DNA from: Gemmatimonadaceae bacterium
GTDB lineage: Bacteria; Gemmatimonadota; Gemmatimonadetes; Gemmatimonadales; Gemmatimonadaceae
Direction: 5' to 3'
NCBI GenBank assembly: GCA_044224875.1
Contig: JBGAJQ010000056.1
Span: forward strand, 1-34,498
Length of the DNA: 34,498 nucleotides
This document shows positions 18,698 to 28,832 of this stretch, one piece after another. The notes under the pieces are model-generated. The model saw nothing but the letters and a program-made list of their open reading frames with translations. It had not been told where the DNA came from and did not search any database. The stretch's first letter is position 1. The number at the start of each line of letters is the position of its first letter. The position numbers and the translations under genes were made by a program.

Positions 18698-19810
18698 TCA
18701 CCTCCGCGCCGCGGCGATCGCCGCACTGATACTCGCCAGCCCACCCTCCAACTCAGCCGGCGATGGCCATCCGAACCCGATCCGCATGAAGCGATCATCC
18801 TGTTCGAACCAGTGTCCCGGCCCTACGAGCGTTCCGTGGGTGCCGCCCAACGTCTCATAGAAGCGCGTCACATCGACTCCCGCATCGGCACGAATCCGCG
18901 GAAAGGCGACGACACCTCCGGACGGACGCACCCATTCCATGGCCGGTTCGCCTGCCATCCACTTTCCGACAGCTTCAACGCCTCGCTGTACTTCCTTCGC
19001 AATCTGCGGCAATTCCTCGGTGCGTCGACGATACACCCGGTATGCGATCTCCTCATCCAGCACTGGGCCGCAGATGACCATCTGCTCCTTTGCAGCGAGA
19101 AACAGTTCGTTCAACGCGCGGTCGCGCGCGATGAGCCAACCGACGCGAAGGCCGGGAAGCCCGTAGGCCTTTGACAGTGATGCCACCGAAATGACGTTCT
19201 CGCCGAGCGTGGTGGCGAAGGGACGAGGGCGCGTGACGGTGAGGTCGCGGTAGGTCTCGTCGACGAGCAAGTACCCTCCGCGTTCAGTGACCAGTGCCGC
19301 AATGCGCGCGACCTCTTCCTCATCGATCACCGTCCCCGTCGGGTTGTGAGGATTGGTGATGCTGACGAGACGCGTCTCGGGCGTCATGGCCGCCTCGATA
19401 TCGGCCACCGTGTAGCGGAACCCGTCTTCCAGCGACAACTCGACATACGAAATGTCGCAGCCGATAGCCCGCGGTGTCTCGATGTTCGTGGCGTAGTTTG
19501 GCCGGAGCACGACCAAGTGGTCGCCGGCGGAAAGAAGGCTCGTCGAAATCACGAACAGTGCCCCAGCGGCACCCGGCGTCAGGAGCACCTGATCCGGCGT
19601 GCAACCTGCTTCCGCAGCCAGCAGCTCGCGTAACGCCGGGTGACCGCGGTGGTCCCCGTACAGCAGGATCATCTTGCTGAGGTCCATCTCCGGGGCCAAG
19701 TCCCCCAACACACGATCGCGCATCGAGCTTTCGGCGAGATTGAAGCGAATGGAAGCGTAGCCCACCTCCTCGGGGGACTCGACTTCGATTGGCATTCGGC
19801 GATAACGCAT
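18698..19810 (-). CDS. PLP-dependent aminotransferase class I/II
   Basis: ITNPHNPTG, VDETYR, SLSKAYGLPGLRVGW (Schiff-base Lys), RIGFG. Start chosen at ATG 19810. Confidence 0.9.
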   Translation of the reverse strand: MRYRRMPIEVESPEEVGYASIRFNLAESSMRDRVLGDLAPEMDLSKMILLYGDHRGHPALRELLAAEAGCTPDQVLLTPGAAGALFVISTSLLSAGDHLVVLRPNYATNIETPRAIGCDISYVELSLEDGFRYTVADIEAAMTPETRLVSITNPHNPTGTVIDEEEVARIAALVTERGGYLLVDETYRDLTVTRPRPFATTLGENVISVASLSKAYGLPGLRVGWLIARDRALNELFLAAKEQMVICGPVLDEEIAYRVYRRRTEELPQIAKEVQRGVEAVGKWMAGEPAMEWVRPSGGVVAFPRIRADAGVDVTRFYETLGGTHGTLVGPGHWFEQDDRFMRIGFGWPSPAELEGGLASISAAIAAARR

Positions 19811-19862
19811 GAGAAGGGCCGTTGAGTGGACATTGTGCGATCCCCGATGGGATGCGCACATG

Positions 19863-21413
19863 CTACCGTGTCGATGCCTTGCCGGGAATCCCCGTGTTCG
19901 ATCGCCGGCCGCGACCCGCGATGACTCGCGGCCTGCGCGCCCGACTCTCAAGGATGGCGGCCGCCAGCTCCTTCACTCCTCGACGGATTTCCACGGGGTC
20001 AGGGGACGCGAAGCCCAGGAGTAGCGCTTCGCGCGGCATGTGACGACTCACTCGAGGGTGAACGGCTGCGACATCGACGCCGCGATCGGACGCGGCGCGC
20101 GTCACCGTGTCGGCGCTCAGGCCTTCGGCCAGCCAGCCCACGGTCTGCAGGCCGGCCTCCAGACTCGAGATCTCGAGTAGTCCCCGCAGGTGCGTCTCGA
20201 CGCCCTCGATGAGCACCGATCGACGCTCCGCGTACACCTCCCGCATGCGCCTAACGTGGCGTGCGAAATGCCCCTCCTCGATGAACTCGTGCAGGATGGT
20301 TTGCTCGAGCAAGGGCGCGTGACGCGTCGCGATCGACTTGATCGCGGCGAGCGGCTCGATCAGCTCCGGCGGGACGACAACGTAACCCAGTCGCAAGGCG
20401 GGAAAGAGCGTCTTGCTGAAGCTGCCGGCGAACACCACCAGGTGGTCGCGATCCAGACCCTGCAGCGCCGGCAACGGCCGACCGACGTAGCGATACTCCG
20501 AGTCATAGTCGTCCTCGAAGATCCAGGCGCCGCTGGCCCGTGCCCACGCCAACAGTTGCAGCCGGCGGGGAAGACTCATGCTCACGCCCAGTGGCATCTG
20601 GTGGGCCGGTGTGACGTAGGCCAAGCGCGCCTCGGGACCCTGCGCCGCAGGAAGTACCATCCCCTCACTATCGACCGGCAGCCAAACCACGTCGGCGCCC
20701 CACGCCTCGAACACACGCGCCGCGCCGATGTAACCGGGATCCTCCATGCACACGGCATCCCCCGGATCGACCACCAGCCGAGTGGCCAGGTCCAGGGCCT
20801 CCTGCACGCCCGAGACGATCGCGACCTGCTCTGGCACACAGGTCACACCGCGGGCCACACGAAGGTACTGGGCCACCGACGACTGCAGGGGCGCAAACCC
20901 AAATGGACCAGCGCCTAACAAGTTGGACATGCGCGCACCCCGTGCGCGCCGGCTGGCGATCTGCGCCCACACCGAGGTGGGGAACAGGTCGAGCGCCGGA
21001 AGGTTCGCGCGGAACGCTCGCGCCGGCCGCATCTCGAGTGCCGGAAACGGCTGCGCTCGACGGGCGAGCGAGGACACACGTCGCGGAAGGACTCGGTCGC
21101 GCGCCGGGCGTCTTCTTGCCGTTCCCCGCACCGTCAACAGGTCATCGGGGAGGACGCGTCGCACGAATGTCCCGGATCCCACGCTACCTTCGAGGTATCC
21201 CTCGGCCTTGAGACGGTCGAACGCGCTGACGATGGTGCCGCGTGACACCCCGCATTGACGCGCGAGGTCGCGTGTCGCCGGCAGCCGCGTGCCCGGTCCA
21301 AGCCGTCCCTCGAGGATCTCGACACGGAGCGCGTCCCCCAACCATCGGTGCGTCGGGACGTCGGCGGCACGCGGCGGAAGTGCGAGGGTCAGGGTCGTCG
21401 CTCTCTTGGGCAT
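19863..21413 (-). CDS. MocR/PdxR-type GntR regulator (wHTH plus aminotransferase-like domain)
   Basis: RLPATRDLA...GVSRGTI wHTH, IFEDDYDSEYRY, GSFSKTLFPALRLGY. Confidence 0.93.
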   Translation of the reverse strand: MPKRATTLTLALPPRAADVPTHRWLGDALRVEILEGRLGPGTRLPATRDLARQCGVSRGTIVSAFDRLKAEGYLEGSVGSGTFVRRVLPDDLLTVRGTARRRPARDRVLPRRVSSLARRAQPFPALEMRPARAFRANLPALDLFPTSVWAQIASRRARGARMSNLLGAGPFGFAPLQSSVAQYLRVARGVTCVPEQVAIVSGVQEALDLATRLVVDPGDAVCMEDPGYIGAARVFEAWGADVVWLPVDSEGMVLPAAQGPEARLAYVTPAHQMPLGVSMSLPRRLQLLAWARASGAWIFEDDYDSEYRYVGRPLPALQGLDRDHLVVFAGSFSKTLFPALRLGYVVVPPELIEPLAAIKSIATRHAPLLEQTILHEFIEEGHFARHVRRMREVYAERRSVLIEGVETHLRGLLEISSLEAGLQTVGWLAEGLSADTVTRAASDRGVDVAAVHPRVSRHMPREALLLGFASPDPVEIRRGVKELAAAILESRARRPRVIAGRGRRSNTGIPGKASTR

Positions 21414-21418
21414 GCGAA

Positions 21419-21466
21419 AGTGGTACAGGTGGAATGCGAAATATGGCCCTGTGTGACAGGACCACT
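21419..21466. promoter_or_regulatory. Candidate MocR operator between the divergent regulator and ahpD-like gene
   Basis: AGTGGT (21419-21424) and its inverted copy ACCACT (21461-21466), plus an intermediate TGG-core copy (ATGGCC, 21443-21448). This direct-plus-inverted layout is typical of MocR sites. Confidence 0.5.
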
Positions 21467-21507
21467 CAAGCGTACACTCCCGTCAACGAATCCACGTTGG
21501 AGAACCC

Positions 21508-21969
21508 ATGAAGACGCGTATTCACTTCGCGAAAGCGGCGCCGGGCGTGTACGACGCGATGGACGCCTTGGATCAATATCTTGGCGCATGCGGCATCGAG
21601 GAGCCGCTGCTGCAGCTGGTGAGGCTCCGCGCATCGCAGATCAATGGCTGCGCCTATTGCCTGGACATGCACTGGAAAGACCTACGAGCGATAGGCGAAA
21701 ACGAGCAGCGTCTCTACTCGCTCGATGCATGGCGGGAGTGCCCCTACTACACGGAGCGTGAGCGCGCGGCGTTGGCCTGGACCGAGGCGTTGACGTTGGT
21801 AGCCGATGGCCACGTCCCCGACGAAGTCTATGAAGCGGCGCGACCTCACTTCTCGCAGAAGGAGCTGGCCGACCTCACGCTCGCGATCGCGACGATCAAC
21901 GCGTGGAATCGCATCTCCATTGCCGGTCGACTGACGCCAGGCACTTACCAGCCCGCGGCGCGCGTCTAG
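21508..21969 (+). CDS. AhpD/carboxymuconolactone decarboxylase family protein
   Basis: LRASQINGCAYCLDMH and TINAWNR. GGAG RBS. Confidence 0.93.
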   Translation: MKTRIHFAKAAPGVYDAMDALDQYLGACGIEEPLLQLVRLRASQINGCAYCLDMHWKDLRAIGENEQRLYSLDAWRECPYYTERERAALAWTEALTLVADGHVPDEVYEAARPHFSQKELADLTLAIATINAWNRISIAGRLTPGTYQPAARV

Positions 21970-21976
21970 GTGAGGT

Positions 21977-22007
21977 CCGGGGTCGTGCGGCACTCCGCCG
22001 GCCCCGG
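21977..22007 (+). other. GC-rich hairpin after the ahpD-like gene (no U-tract)
   Basis: CCGGGGTCG-T-GCGG-CACT-CCGC-CGGCCCCGG. Confidence 0.45.
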
Positions 22008-22057
22008 CCACCCACTAAGTTGGATTCGGTTGTTCGAGCACCCTTTGAACCGAATCC

Positions 22058-23311
22058 ATGTCCGAGAACCGCACGCCGGCCCTCTGGTTCATTCTCATCA
22101 CGCTGCTGATCGACGTCGCCGGCTTGGGCATCATCATCCCGGTCATGCCGAAGTTGCTCACCACGTTAACGCATGGCACCATGAGCGATGCGGCGCGGTG
22201 GGGCGGATGGATGGGATTCTCCTACGCGGCGATGCAGTTTTTTTGTGCACCCATCGTGGGAGGGTTGAGCGATCGATTCGGGCGACGCCCCGTGCTCCTG
22301 GCCTCGCTCTTCGGTTTTGGACTGGATTACGTGTTCATGGCGTTGGCGCCGACCATTTGGTGGCTGTTCCTCAGTCGGATCATCGCCGGAATCATGGGGG
22401 CCAGCTTCACGACGGGCGCCGCGTACATCGCCGATGTGTCTCCGCCGGCCAAGCGCGCGCAAAACTTCGGCATGATTGGCGCGGTGTTTGGCCTTGGCTT
22501 CATCGTCGGTCCGCTGATCGGTGGGTTGCTGGGACCCATTGGGCCGCGGGTGCCATTCGTTGCCTCGGCGATCTTGACCCTGCTGAACTGGCTCTTTGGG
22601 TACTTCGTCCTCCCGGAGTCGCTCAAGCCGGAGAATCGTCGAGCGTTCGACTGGAAGCGCGCCAATCCCGTCGGTTCGTTAGGCAACCTGCGGAAGTACC
22701 CGGTCATTCTCGGACTGGTGGGCTCCCTCATTCTCGTACAGATCGCCGCCCACGCGGTGCAGAGCAATTGGTCGTACTACACCATCGAGAAGTTTCACTG
22801 GAACGAGCGAATGGTTGGATTGTCGATTGCCATGATCGGCGTAGCCATCGCCTCGGTGCAGGGGGGCCTCATTCGACTGGTGTTGCCCAGGCTGGGCCCA
22901 CAGCGGAGCGTGTACACTGGGTTGAGCCTCTACAGCGTGGGATTTTTTCTCTTTGCGATCGCCAGCGCGTCGTGGATGATGTTTGTGTTCACGGCGATCT
23001 ACTGCATGGGTGGCATTGCCGGTCCTGCCATCCAGGGCTTGATCTCCGGCTCCGTGCCGCCTAACGAGCAAGGTGAATTGCAGGGAGCGCTCACCAGCAT
23101 CATGAGCCTGACGGCGATCGTCGGCCCCTTGCTCATGTCCAACACCTTTGCCTTTTTCTCGCGCCACGACGGTTCGCTGTACTTCCCGGGTGCCGCGATG
23201 GCCCTCGGCGGGATCCTCACCCTGGTCTCCGCCGCGCTCGCTCGCAGTAGCCTCAAACGCACCATGCCGACGGCGCTCGCCGTTCAAGCGACCACGCCGT
23301 CCACCCAGTAA
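22058..23311 (+). CDS. TCR/Tet-family (DHA1) MFS efflux transporter
   Basis: Motif [22 protein letters not shown], antiporter motif [19 protein letters not shown]. Confidence 0.9.
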   Translation: MSENRTPALWFILITLLIDVAGLGIIIPVMPKLLTTLTHGTMSDAARWGGWMGFSYAAMQFFCAPIVGGLSDRFGRRPVLLASLFGFGLDYVFMALAPTIWWLFLSRIIAGIMGASFTTGAAYIADVSPPAKRAQNFGMIGAVFGLGFIVGPLIGGLLGPIGPRVPFVASAILTLLNWLFGYFVLPESLKPENRRAFDWKRANPVGSLGNLRKYPVILGLVGSLILVQIAAHAVQSNWSYYTIEKFHWNERMVGLSIAMIGVAIASVQGGLIRLVLPRLGPQRSVYTGLSLYSVGFFLFAIASASWMMFVFTAIYCMGGIAGPAIQGLISGSVPPNEQGELQGALTSIMSLTAIVGPLLMSNTFAFFSRHDGSLYFPGAAMALGGILTLVSAALARSSLKRTMPTALAVQATTPSTQ

Positions 23312-23348
23312 GCGCCGATTCGCCTGGCGCGGCGCCTTCGCGCGCCGC

Positions 23349-24704
23349 TCACTGAGCGCGTCGTTTCAGACGCCAATAGACGGGTACGCCTGTCGCGGCC
23401 AAGGCAACGCCGATCAATGGCTCCACGGGGCGAAAAATCAGGGCGCTGACGACGAAGCCGGAGACGACGACCATGTACACGATGGGTGTCACGGGGTACC
23501 CCGGCGTCCGGTAGCCGTGTGGGCGACGACGGTGCCGCAGGCGGAAGATGGCGCCCACCATCATGATGGTCGCCAGCTGCAAAGGCACGATGAAGAAGTT
23601 CACCAGCCGACCGAAGGAGCCGAAGAAGAACAGCGCCACGAGTGAGGCCACGGTGGTAAACAGGATGGCGCCATGCGGCACGGCGGTACGCCCGGACACC
23701 CGACTCAGCAGGCCAAAGAAGCCCCGAGGCTTGGTGTCCGCCGGATCGACGTAGGTCGCGGCCAGGGTGTAGAACAAGCGCGGCTGCGTCATCACCAAGC
23801 CGCCTAACGCACCAAAGATCGACACCGTCATCAACGCGGTGAGCATCTGCCCACCGCCCTGGCCGAACGCGGTGGTGGCGACGGTCGACGCGACGGCGGC
23901 CGGGGCCGACCGCATCTGCGACAGGGGTACCACGCGGAGGTAGGCGACGTTTACCACGAGGTACAGGACGGTGAGCGCCGCCACACCCAGGCCCAGCCCC
24001 AGGGGGAAATCCCGCTCCGGCCGGCGCACCTCGCCAGCCACATTCGTCACGTCGATCCAGCCGTCGTACGTGAAGAGCACGGCGGCGATGCCCAAGCCGG
24101 TGAAGCGCAGAAATCCGGACCACCCCGCGGCGCCACTCACCACAGGAGCAGGTGCCGGGTCAACGACTGGGGCCGCCAGCCACAACCCGCCAGCAATGAG
24201 CCCTCCAATGCCCAGCACCTTGGCTGCCGTCAGCACGACCTGCGTCCGTCCGCCCCACTGCACCCCCGCCAGGTTAATCGCCGCGAAGAAGAGAATGGCC
24301 GCGGCGCCCCACCCGACGGCCGTTACTCCTGGCAACGCTGGAACGGCGCGATGGAGAAAGTCGCCAAACGCGACGGCGCTTGACGCGATGGCCCCGGGAC
24401 CCGTCACCCACAACTCCAGCCACACCAGCAGGAATCCCCAGAACGGACCGAACCCCTCCGTCATGATGTGAAATGTGGCGCCGGCCTGCGGCAGCATCGT
24501 GCACAGCTCCGCCAGTGTCAACGCGCCACACAACGTGATGAACCCGGAGAGCGCCCAGATGAAGTGAACCTGCCACGGGTGTTGCGCCACGGACGCCAAT
24601 TCGCCCGGTGTAAAAAAGATGCCGGAGCCGATCATGTTGCCAATGACCAGCGCGGCCACCGCGCCGAGGCCCAGACTACGCTTGAGTGGTGCCGCGCCCG
24701 TCAT
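23349..24704 (-). CDS. APC-family amino-acid permease (LAT/FrlA/SteT-like)
   Basis: IGSGIFFTP, LAELCTMLPQAG, FTYDGW...AGEVRRPERD, YRTPGYP. Confidence 0.9.
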   Translation of the reverse strand: MTGAAPLKRSLGLGAVAALVIGNMIGSGIFFTPGELASVAQHPWQVHFIWALSGFITLCGALTLAELCTMLPQAGATFHIMTEGFGPFWGFLLVWLELWVTGPGAIASSAVAFGDFLHRAVPALPGVTAVGWGAAAILFFAAINLAGVQWGGRTQVVLTAAKVLGIGGLIAGGLWLAAPVVDPAPAPVVSGAAGWSGFLRFTGLGIAAVLFTYDGWIDVTNVAGEVRRPERDFPLGLGLGVAALTVLYLVVNVAYLRVVPLSQMRSAPAAVASTVATTAFGQGGGQMLTALMTVSIFGALGGLVMTQPRLFYTLAATYVDPADTKPRGFFGLLSRVSGRTAVPHGAILFTTVASLVALFFFGSFGRLVNFFIVPLQLATIMMVGAIFRLRHRRRPHGYRTPGYPVTPIVYMVVVSGFVVSALIFRPVEPLIGVALAATGVPVYWRLKRRAQ

Positions 24705-25489
24705 GCGACTCGTATCGCGCGCACCAGCGCGTCCACCTGCGACGTCACCACGCGGTCGGTGGCCGCTCGCCCACTCCGCAACGACGTCCCGACGATGAAT
24801 CCATCGGCATGTGGCACCAACTGCGCGGCGTTATGCGGGTCAAGGCCGCTGCCAATCAGCACGGGCAGCGCACCCTTGGCGGCCCGCAGGTCGTCAACGC
24901 TCGGCCCGATACCCGTTTCTGTTCCCGTGACGATCACGGCGTCGGCCCCGGCGCGCGCAGCCTGAGCGGCCGACTCGCCGATTGGCTTCGCTCCGTCCGC
25001 CATCGTGGTGTACTTCACCTGCAGGTCAGCGAAGATCTGCACGTGATCCCCGCGAATGTGCGATCGGTACGCGAGGATTGCCTCGGGTTCCGGCTCGATG
25101 ACACCCAACTTGCTGCGCACGCGATCGACGAAGAAGTCGAGGCGAATGAACTGCGCGCCACTGGCAGATGCAACCGCCAGGGAACCGCGCCAGTCGTTCA
25201 GCAATACTTCAATGCCGACGGGCACGTGGGCCTTCTGTACCACCTCGCGCGTCACGCGTGTCATGGCCGCGATGATCTCGGCCCCCCCCGTGAGCGTATG
25301 CGGCTGGTCGAAGTCATTCTCGACCAGCACGCCGTCCACCCCTCCCGCCTCCAGCGCGGACAAATCCATCAGCGCGACTTCTACCAGGTGACCGATCGTA
25401 CGAAATGACGCATACCCAGGGAGTGGCGGCAGCGCCACCATGCCGATCAATGGCCGCGGCTTTGGAAAGAGCGTTTGGAATCGTGTCAC
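24701..25489 (-). CDS. BtpA/SgcQ-family TIM-barrel protein
   Basis: PLIGMVALPPLPG, GGVDGVLVEN, FADLQVKY, ADAVIVTGTETG, LIGSG, DGFIVGTS. Confidence 0.9.
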   Translation of the reverse strand: MTRFQTLFPKPRPLIGMVALPPLPGYASFRTIGHLVEVALMDLSALEAGGVDGVLVENDFDQPHTLTGGAEIIAAMTRVTREVVQKAHVPVGIEVLLNDWRGSLAVASASGAQFIRLDFFVDRVRSKLGVIEPEPEAILAYRSHIRGDHVQIFADLQVKYTTMADGAKPIGESAAQAARAGADAVIVTGTETGIGPSVDDLRAAKGALPVLIGSGLDPHNAAQLVPHADGFIVGTSLRSGRAATDRVVTSQVDALVRAIRVA

Positions 25490-26316
25490 GGCGTAATCGA
25501 CTCCGTGGCGCCGATGTGTCGAATCACCTCGGCGGCGCGGTCCGATCCTCGTCGCATGGCGTCCCGGATGGAACCGCCACGCACGTACTCAACCGTGAAC
25601 GCAGCCTGATAGGCATCGCCGCATCCCGTCGAGTCCAGGCAAGCTTCCGGCGGTACCATGGTGGCTGCTTCCCGGTAGAGTTGGCCGTCCTTCAGGGCGC
25701 TGCTCCCCTTTGCCCCGTGGGTGACGACGATGAGCGTACGACCACCGCGCGTCCGTGGCAAGAGTTCGGCTGCAACACCCTCACTCGCCGACAAGAAGGC
25801 GATATCCAGGATGGGGAGCAATCGGTCGAGCTCCACATGCGACGGCCCCAGGTCACTCCCGTCCAATAAGTCAGCAACGCGAATCCCTTCCCTTGGCACG
25901 GCGTTCATCGCCGGCCAGAACAGGTGTTCGATCTGACGAAAGTACGGAACGGCCACGACGTCATGCGTGGCAATGAAATGCAGGTCGTCGTCCGACAGGC
26001 GAAAGTGGGCTAGCACCCCAGCGTCGTACCCGCCCGGCGGGAAGACGCGCTCTCCTTCGGCGACCAGACGGATCGCCTGTGACGCCGTGGGGCCATCCAT
26101 GCTATGGCAGTGCGACGCGTCCACCCCCGCACGGGCCAACCGGTCACGCACCACAGGCGCCACCTGATCGCGGCCGGTGCAGCTGACGAGTGAAACCGTG
26201 TGCGCTCCAGCCCTCCGCGCCTGGACGGCAAAGTTCAACGAGATTCCGCCCACACCCTCGAGCGACCGTTCGAGATACCGATCCCGAGTGCATTCTCCTA
26301 CCGCGGCGATACGCAC
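25486..26316 (-). CDS. PfkB-family carbohydrate kinase (fructoselysine-6-kinase FrlD-like)
   Basis: AVGECTRDRY...GG..LNFAV, VVTHGAKGS, PfkB signature DSTGCGDAY. Start uncertain (GTG 26316 or 26370). Confidence 0.85.
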   Translation of the reverse strand: MRIAAVGECTRDRYLERSLEGVGGISLNFAVQARRAGAHTVSLVSCTGRDQVAPVVRDRLARAGVDASHCHSMDGPTASQAIRLVAEGERVFPPGGYDAGVLAHFRLSDDDLHFIATHDVVAVPYFRQIEHLFWPAMNAVPREGIRVADLLDGSDLGPSHVELDRLLPILDIAFLSASEGVAAELLPRTRGGRTLIVVTHGAKGSSALKDGQLYREAATMVPPEACLDSTGCGDAYQAAFTVEYVRGGSIRDAMRRGSDRAAEVIRHIGATESITP

Positions 26317-26385
26317 GTCATGACGTCGTGAATGGTGGAGGCCCGTCACACGGGTTAGGGGCAAGGACACGCGGCATAGCCGTCG

Positions 26386-27561
26386 CTACTGCGGTACCGC
26401 CACATGGCGCACCGGCAGCCTCAACAAGAGTAAAGCCATGGCCGCCGCAATGGCGAGCCCTGCGCCCAGGTCAAAGGCCGCGGTCGGGCCACGCCACTGC
26501 CACACAGCGCCAAACACCATCGACGCCGGCAACGCTCCCAGCCCGACTACCAAGTGATACCATCCGAAGGCTGCGCCTCGCTCGCTGGGCAATGCCAGAT
26601 CGGCCACCAAGGCCTTCTCCACCCCTTCGGTGAGACCGAAGTACAGGCCGTATGCGGCCACCAGTACCCAGATCTCCCACGCCCCCGTCGCGCGCCCCAT
26701 CAGCCAGTACACCATGCCGTACCACAGCCAACCGCCTACGATGAGCGGTCGTCGCCCAATGCGGTCGGACAGGACCCCGGCAGGCATGCTCGACGTCGAC
26801 TTCACGACATGGAGCACCGCCCACAGCAGCGGCAGCATCGCGACCGGCACCCCAACGTCAGAGGCTCGCAGCAGCAGAAATGCGTCCGTCGAATTGCCTA
26901 ACGTGAACAGCAATACCAGGGCCAGGTAGGGCCTGAGAGCGCCGTGTGGCAGGCTCCCCAGCAGCACGGTGTCTCGAGCGCCGGCCGGAACCGGTCCCTT
27001 GCCTTCGACCACTCCGCCGATCAACGCCACCAGCGCGAGTGCCGCCGGCACGGCGGCGAGCAGGAACACGGTGCGCATGGAAACGCCCCACCCGCGCATC
27101 AGCGCCAACGCGCACAGGGGACCAATCACGGCTCCCAAGTGGTCTGCGGCCCGGTGAAAGCCGAACGCGCGACCACGCGCCTCAGCTGGCACGGCATCGG
27201 CGATTAGTGCATCGCGGGGGGCCGTTCGGATCCCCTTCCCCACTCGGTCTGCCAGTCGCAGCGTCGTCACTTGCCACACGCCGCTCGTCAGCCCAATCAG
27301 CGGACGTGCCACGGACGCCAGCGCGTACCCCGCCAGCACCAACGGACGTCGGCGGGCGAGACGGTCCGACCACCAGCCGCTGAGCAACTTCAGCAGGCTG
27401 GCCACACTCTCCGCTGACCCCTCGATCACTCCGACGGCAAATGCGCCCGCGCCGAGGACGTCACGCAGAAATACTGGGAGCAACGGGTAGATCATCTCGC
27501 TCGAGACGTCGGTGAGTAGGGACACCAGCGCCAGCGCGATCACCGTGCGAGGTAGCTTCAC
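26386..27561 (-). CDS. MFS transporter
   Basis: SLLTDVSSEMIYPLLP, SGWWSDR, DRVGKGIRTAPRDALI, LSDRIGRR. GTG 27561 chosen as start (alternative ATG 27576). Confidence 0.88.
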   Translation of the reverse strand: MKLPRTVIALALVSLLTDVSSEMIYPLLPVFLRDVLGAGAFAVGVIEGSAESVASLLKLLSGWWSDRLARRRPLVLAGYALASVARPLIGLTSGVWQVTTLRLADRVGKGIRTAPRDALIADAVPAEARGRAFGFHRAADHLGAVIGPLCALALMRGWGVSMRTVFLLAAVPAALALVALIGGVVEGKGPVPAGARDTVLLGSLPHGALRPYLALVLLFTLGNSTDAFLLLRASDVGVPVAMLPLLWAVLHVVKSTSSMPAGVLSDRIGRRPLIVGGWLWYGMVYWLMGRATGAWEIWVLVAAYGLYFGLTEGVEKALVADLALPSERGAAFGWYHLVVGLGALPASMVFGAVWQWRGPTAAFDLGAGLAIAAAMALLLLRLPVRHVAVPQ

Positions 27562-27622
27562 GGCTCGAAAGTACATCCCGTCACGCTTGCGCGCGCCGCG
27601 CGCCCGCCACCAATTGCAGCAC

Positions 27623-28813
27623 ATGTCCGCGTCGACGCCAACCCGCGAACTCTTCCGCGCCTTGGAACCCGAGCGTGCCTTCTGCCGCGCAAACGAAGCG
27701 CGTGTTGTCGACGAGCAGGTGGTGCTGGCTCAGGTGCCGGCCCCCACCGGAGCTGAGGAGTCCCGCGCGCGAATCGTCGCTCAGCGCCTGCGAGGGCTAG
27801 GCCTGCCTGTGGACATCGACGCCGTCGGCAATGTCATTGCGCGCATCGCGGGCCGAATTGACGATGCGCCCGTGGTGGTTTGCGCGCACTTGGACACCGT
27901 GTTTTCCGCGGCGACCGCGCATGCAGTGCGCCGGAAGGACGGGTTGTTGCTCGGGCCGGGGATCAGCGATAACGCGCGCGGTCTCGCGGCCACACTGGCC
28001 ATCGCCGACTTGCTGGCGGGACGGAACGAGAAGCCGCGCCGTCCGGTGTTCCTCTGTGCCACTACCGGGGAAGAAGGGGACGGGAATCTCCGTGGGGCTC
28101 GTTATGTCTTCGACCACGCCGCGCTCGGTGCGTGCGCGGCCATCGCATTGGACGGCGCCGGCGACGATCGCGTCGTTTCACACGCGTTGGGGTGCGTCCG
28201 GCTTCGCATTTCCATCGAGGGGCCAGGAGGGCACAGCTGGGCGGCGTTCGGTGCGCCGAACCCCATTCACGCCGTCGGGGCGTTGGTCGCTCGGATCTCC
28301 GCACTCCCCTTGCCCGCGTCACCCCGAGCCACGTTGTCCGTCGGTCGAGTCGGCGGGGGCAGCGCCGTCAATGCGATCCCCCGTGAGAGTTGGATCGACG
28401 TGGACATGCGTTCGATCTCGGACGACACGCTGCGTCGGTTGGTCGCCGAGGTGGAGCACCACGCGCGAGACGCGGTCCTCGTGGAAAACCTCGCTCGGCA
28501 GAGGGGGACGGAGGCGTTGCGCCTGACGATCGAACACACCGGCGAGCGACCCGCGGGCACCATACCGGAGCATGCGCCGCTCGTTCACATCGCCTGCGAA
28601 GCGACGCGCGCGATCGGGCGGCACCCCTTGCTTGCCGCAGCCTCCACAGACGCCAACGTCCCCATGAGTCGCGGCATTCCGGCGATCGCCATCGGCGCGG
28701 GAGGCAGAGCCGGCCAAACGCACACGCCGGACGAGTGGTTCGATCCTAGTGAGAGCCACCTCGGGCTGGCGCGGGCGCTCACCATCATCGCGGCCGCCGC
28801 CGAGCTGGCCTAA
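27623..28813 (+). CDS. M20/M25/M40 metallo-hydrolase (peptidase M20)
   Basis: AHLDTVF, GPGISDNARG, TGEEGDGNLRG, GPGGHSW, STDAN, HTPDEW. Confidence 0.88.
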   Translation: MSASTPTRELFRALEPERAFCRANEARVVDEQVVLAQVPAPTGAEESRARIVAQRLRGLGLPVDIDAVGNVIARIAGRIDDAPVVVCAHLDTVFSAATAHAVRRKDGLLLGPGISDNARGLAATLAIADLLAGRNEKPRRPVFLCATTGEEGDGNLRGARYVFDHAALGACAAIALDGAGDDRVVSHALGCVRLRISIEGPGGHSWAAFGAPNPIHAVGALVARISALPLPASPRATLSVGRVGGGSAVNAIPRESWIDVDMRSISDDTLRRLVAEVEHHARDAVLVENLARQRGTEALRLTIEHTGERPAGTIPEHAPLVHIACEATRAIGRHPLLAAASTDANVPMSRGIPAIAIGAGGRAGQTHTPDEWFDPSESHLGLARALTIIAAAAELA

Positions 28814-28832
28814 CGCGGCGTTTAGCCTCCGG

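Noticed and set aside
22058..23311. Acquired tetracycline-resistance gene tetA
   Set aside because: Only family-level similarity, with no tetR or mobile context. Substrate unknown.
24701..25489. Photosystem I biogenesis role for BtpA
   Set aside because: No photosynthesis genes in the window, and the context is kinase/permease catabolism.
26315..26326. 12-bp perfect palindromes ACGTCATGACGT (here) and CGAAGCGCTTCG (8932-8943)
   Set aside because: A few of this length are expected by chance in 34 kb, and there is no second copy or known consensus.
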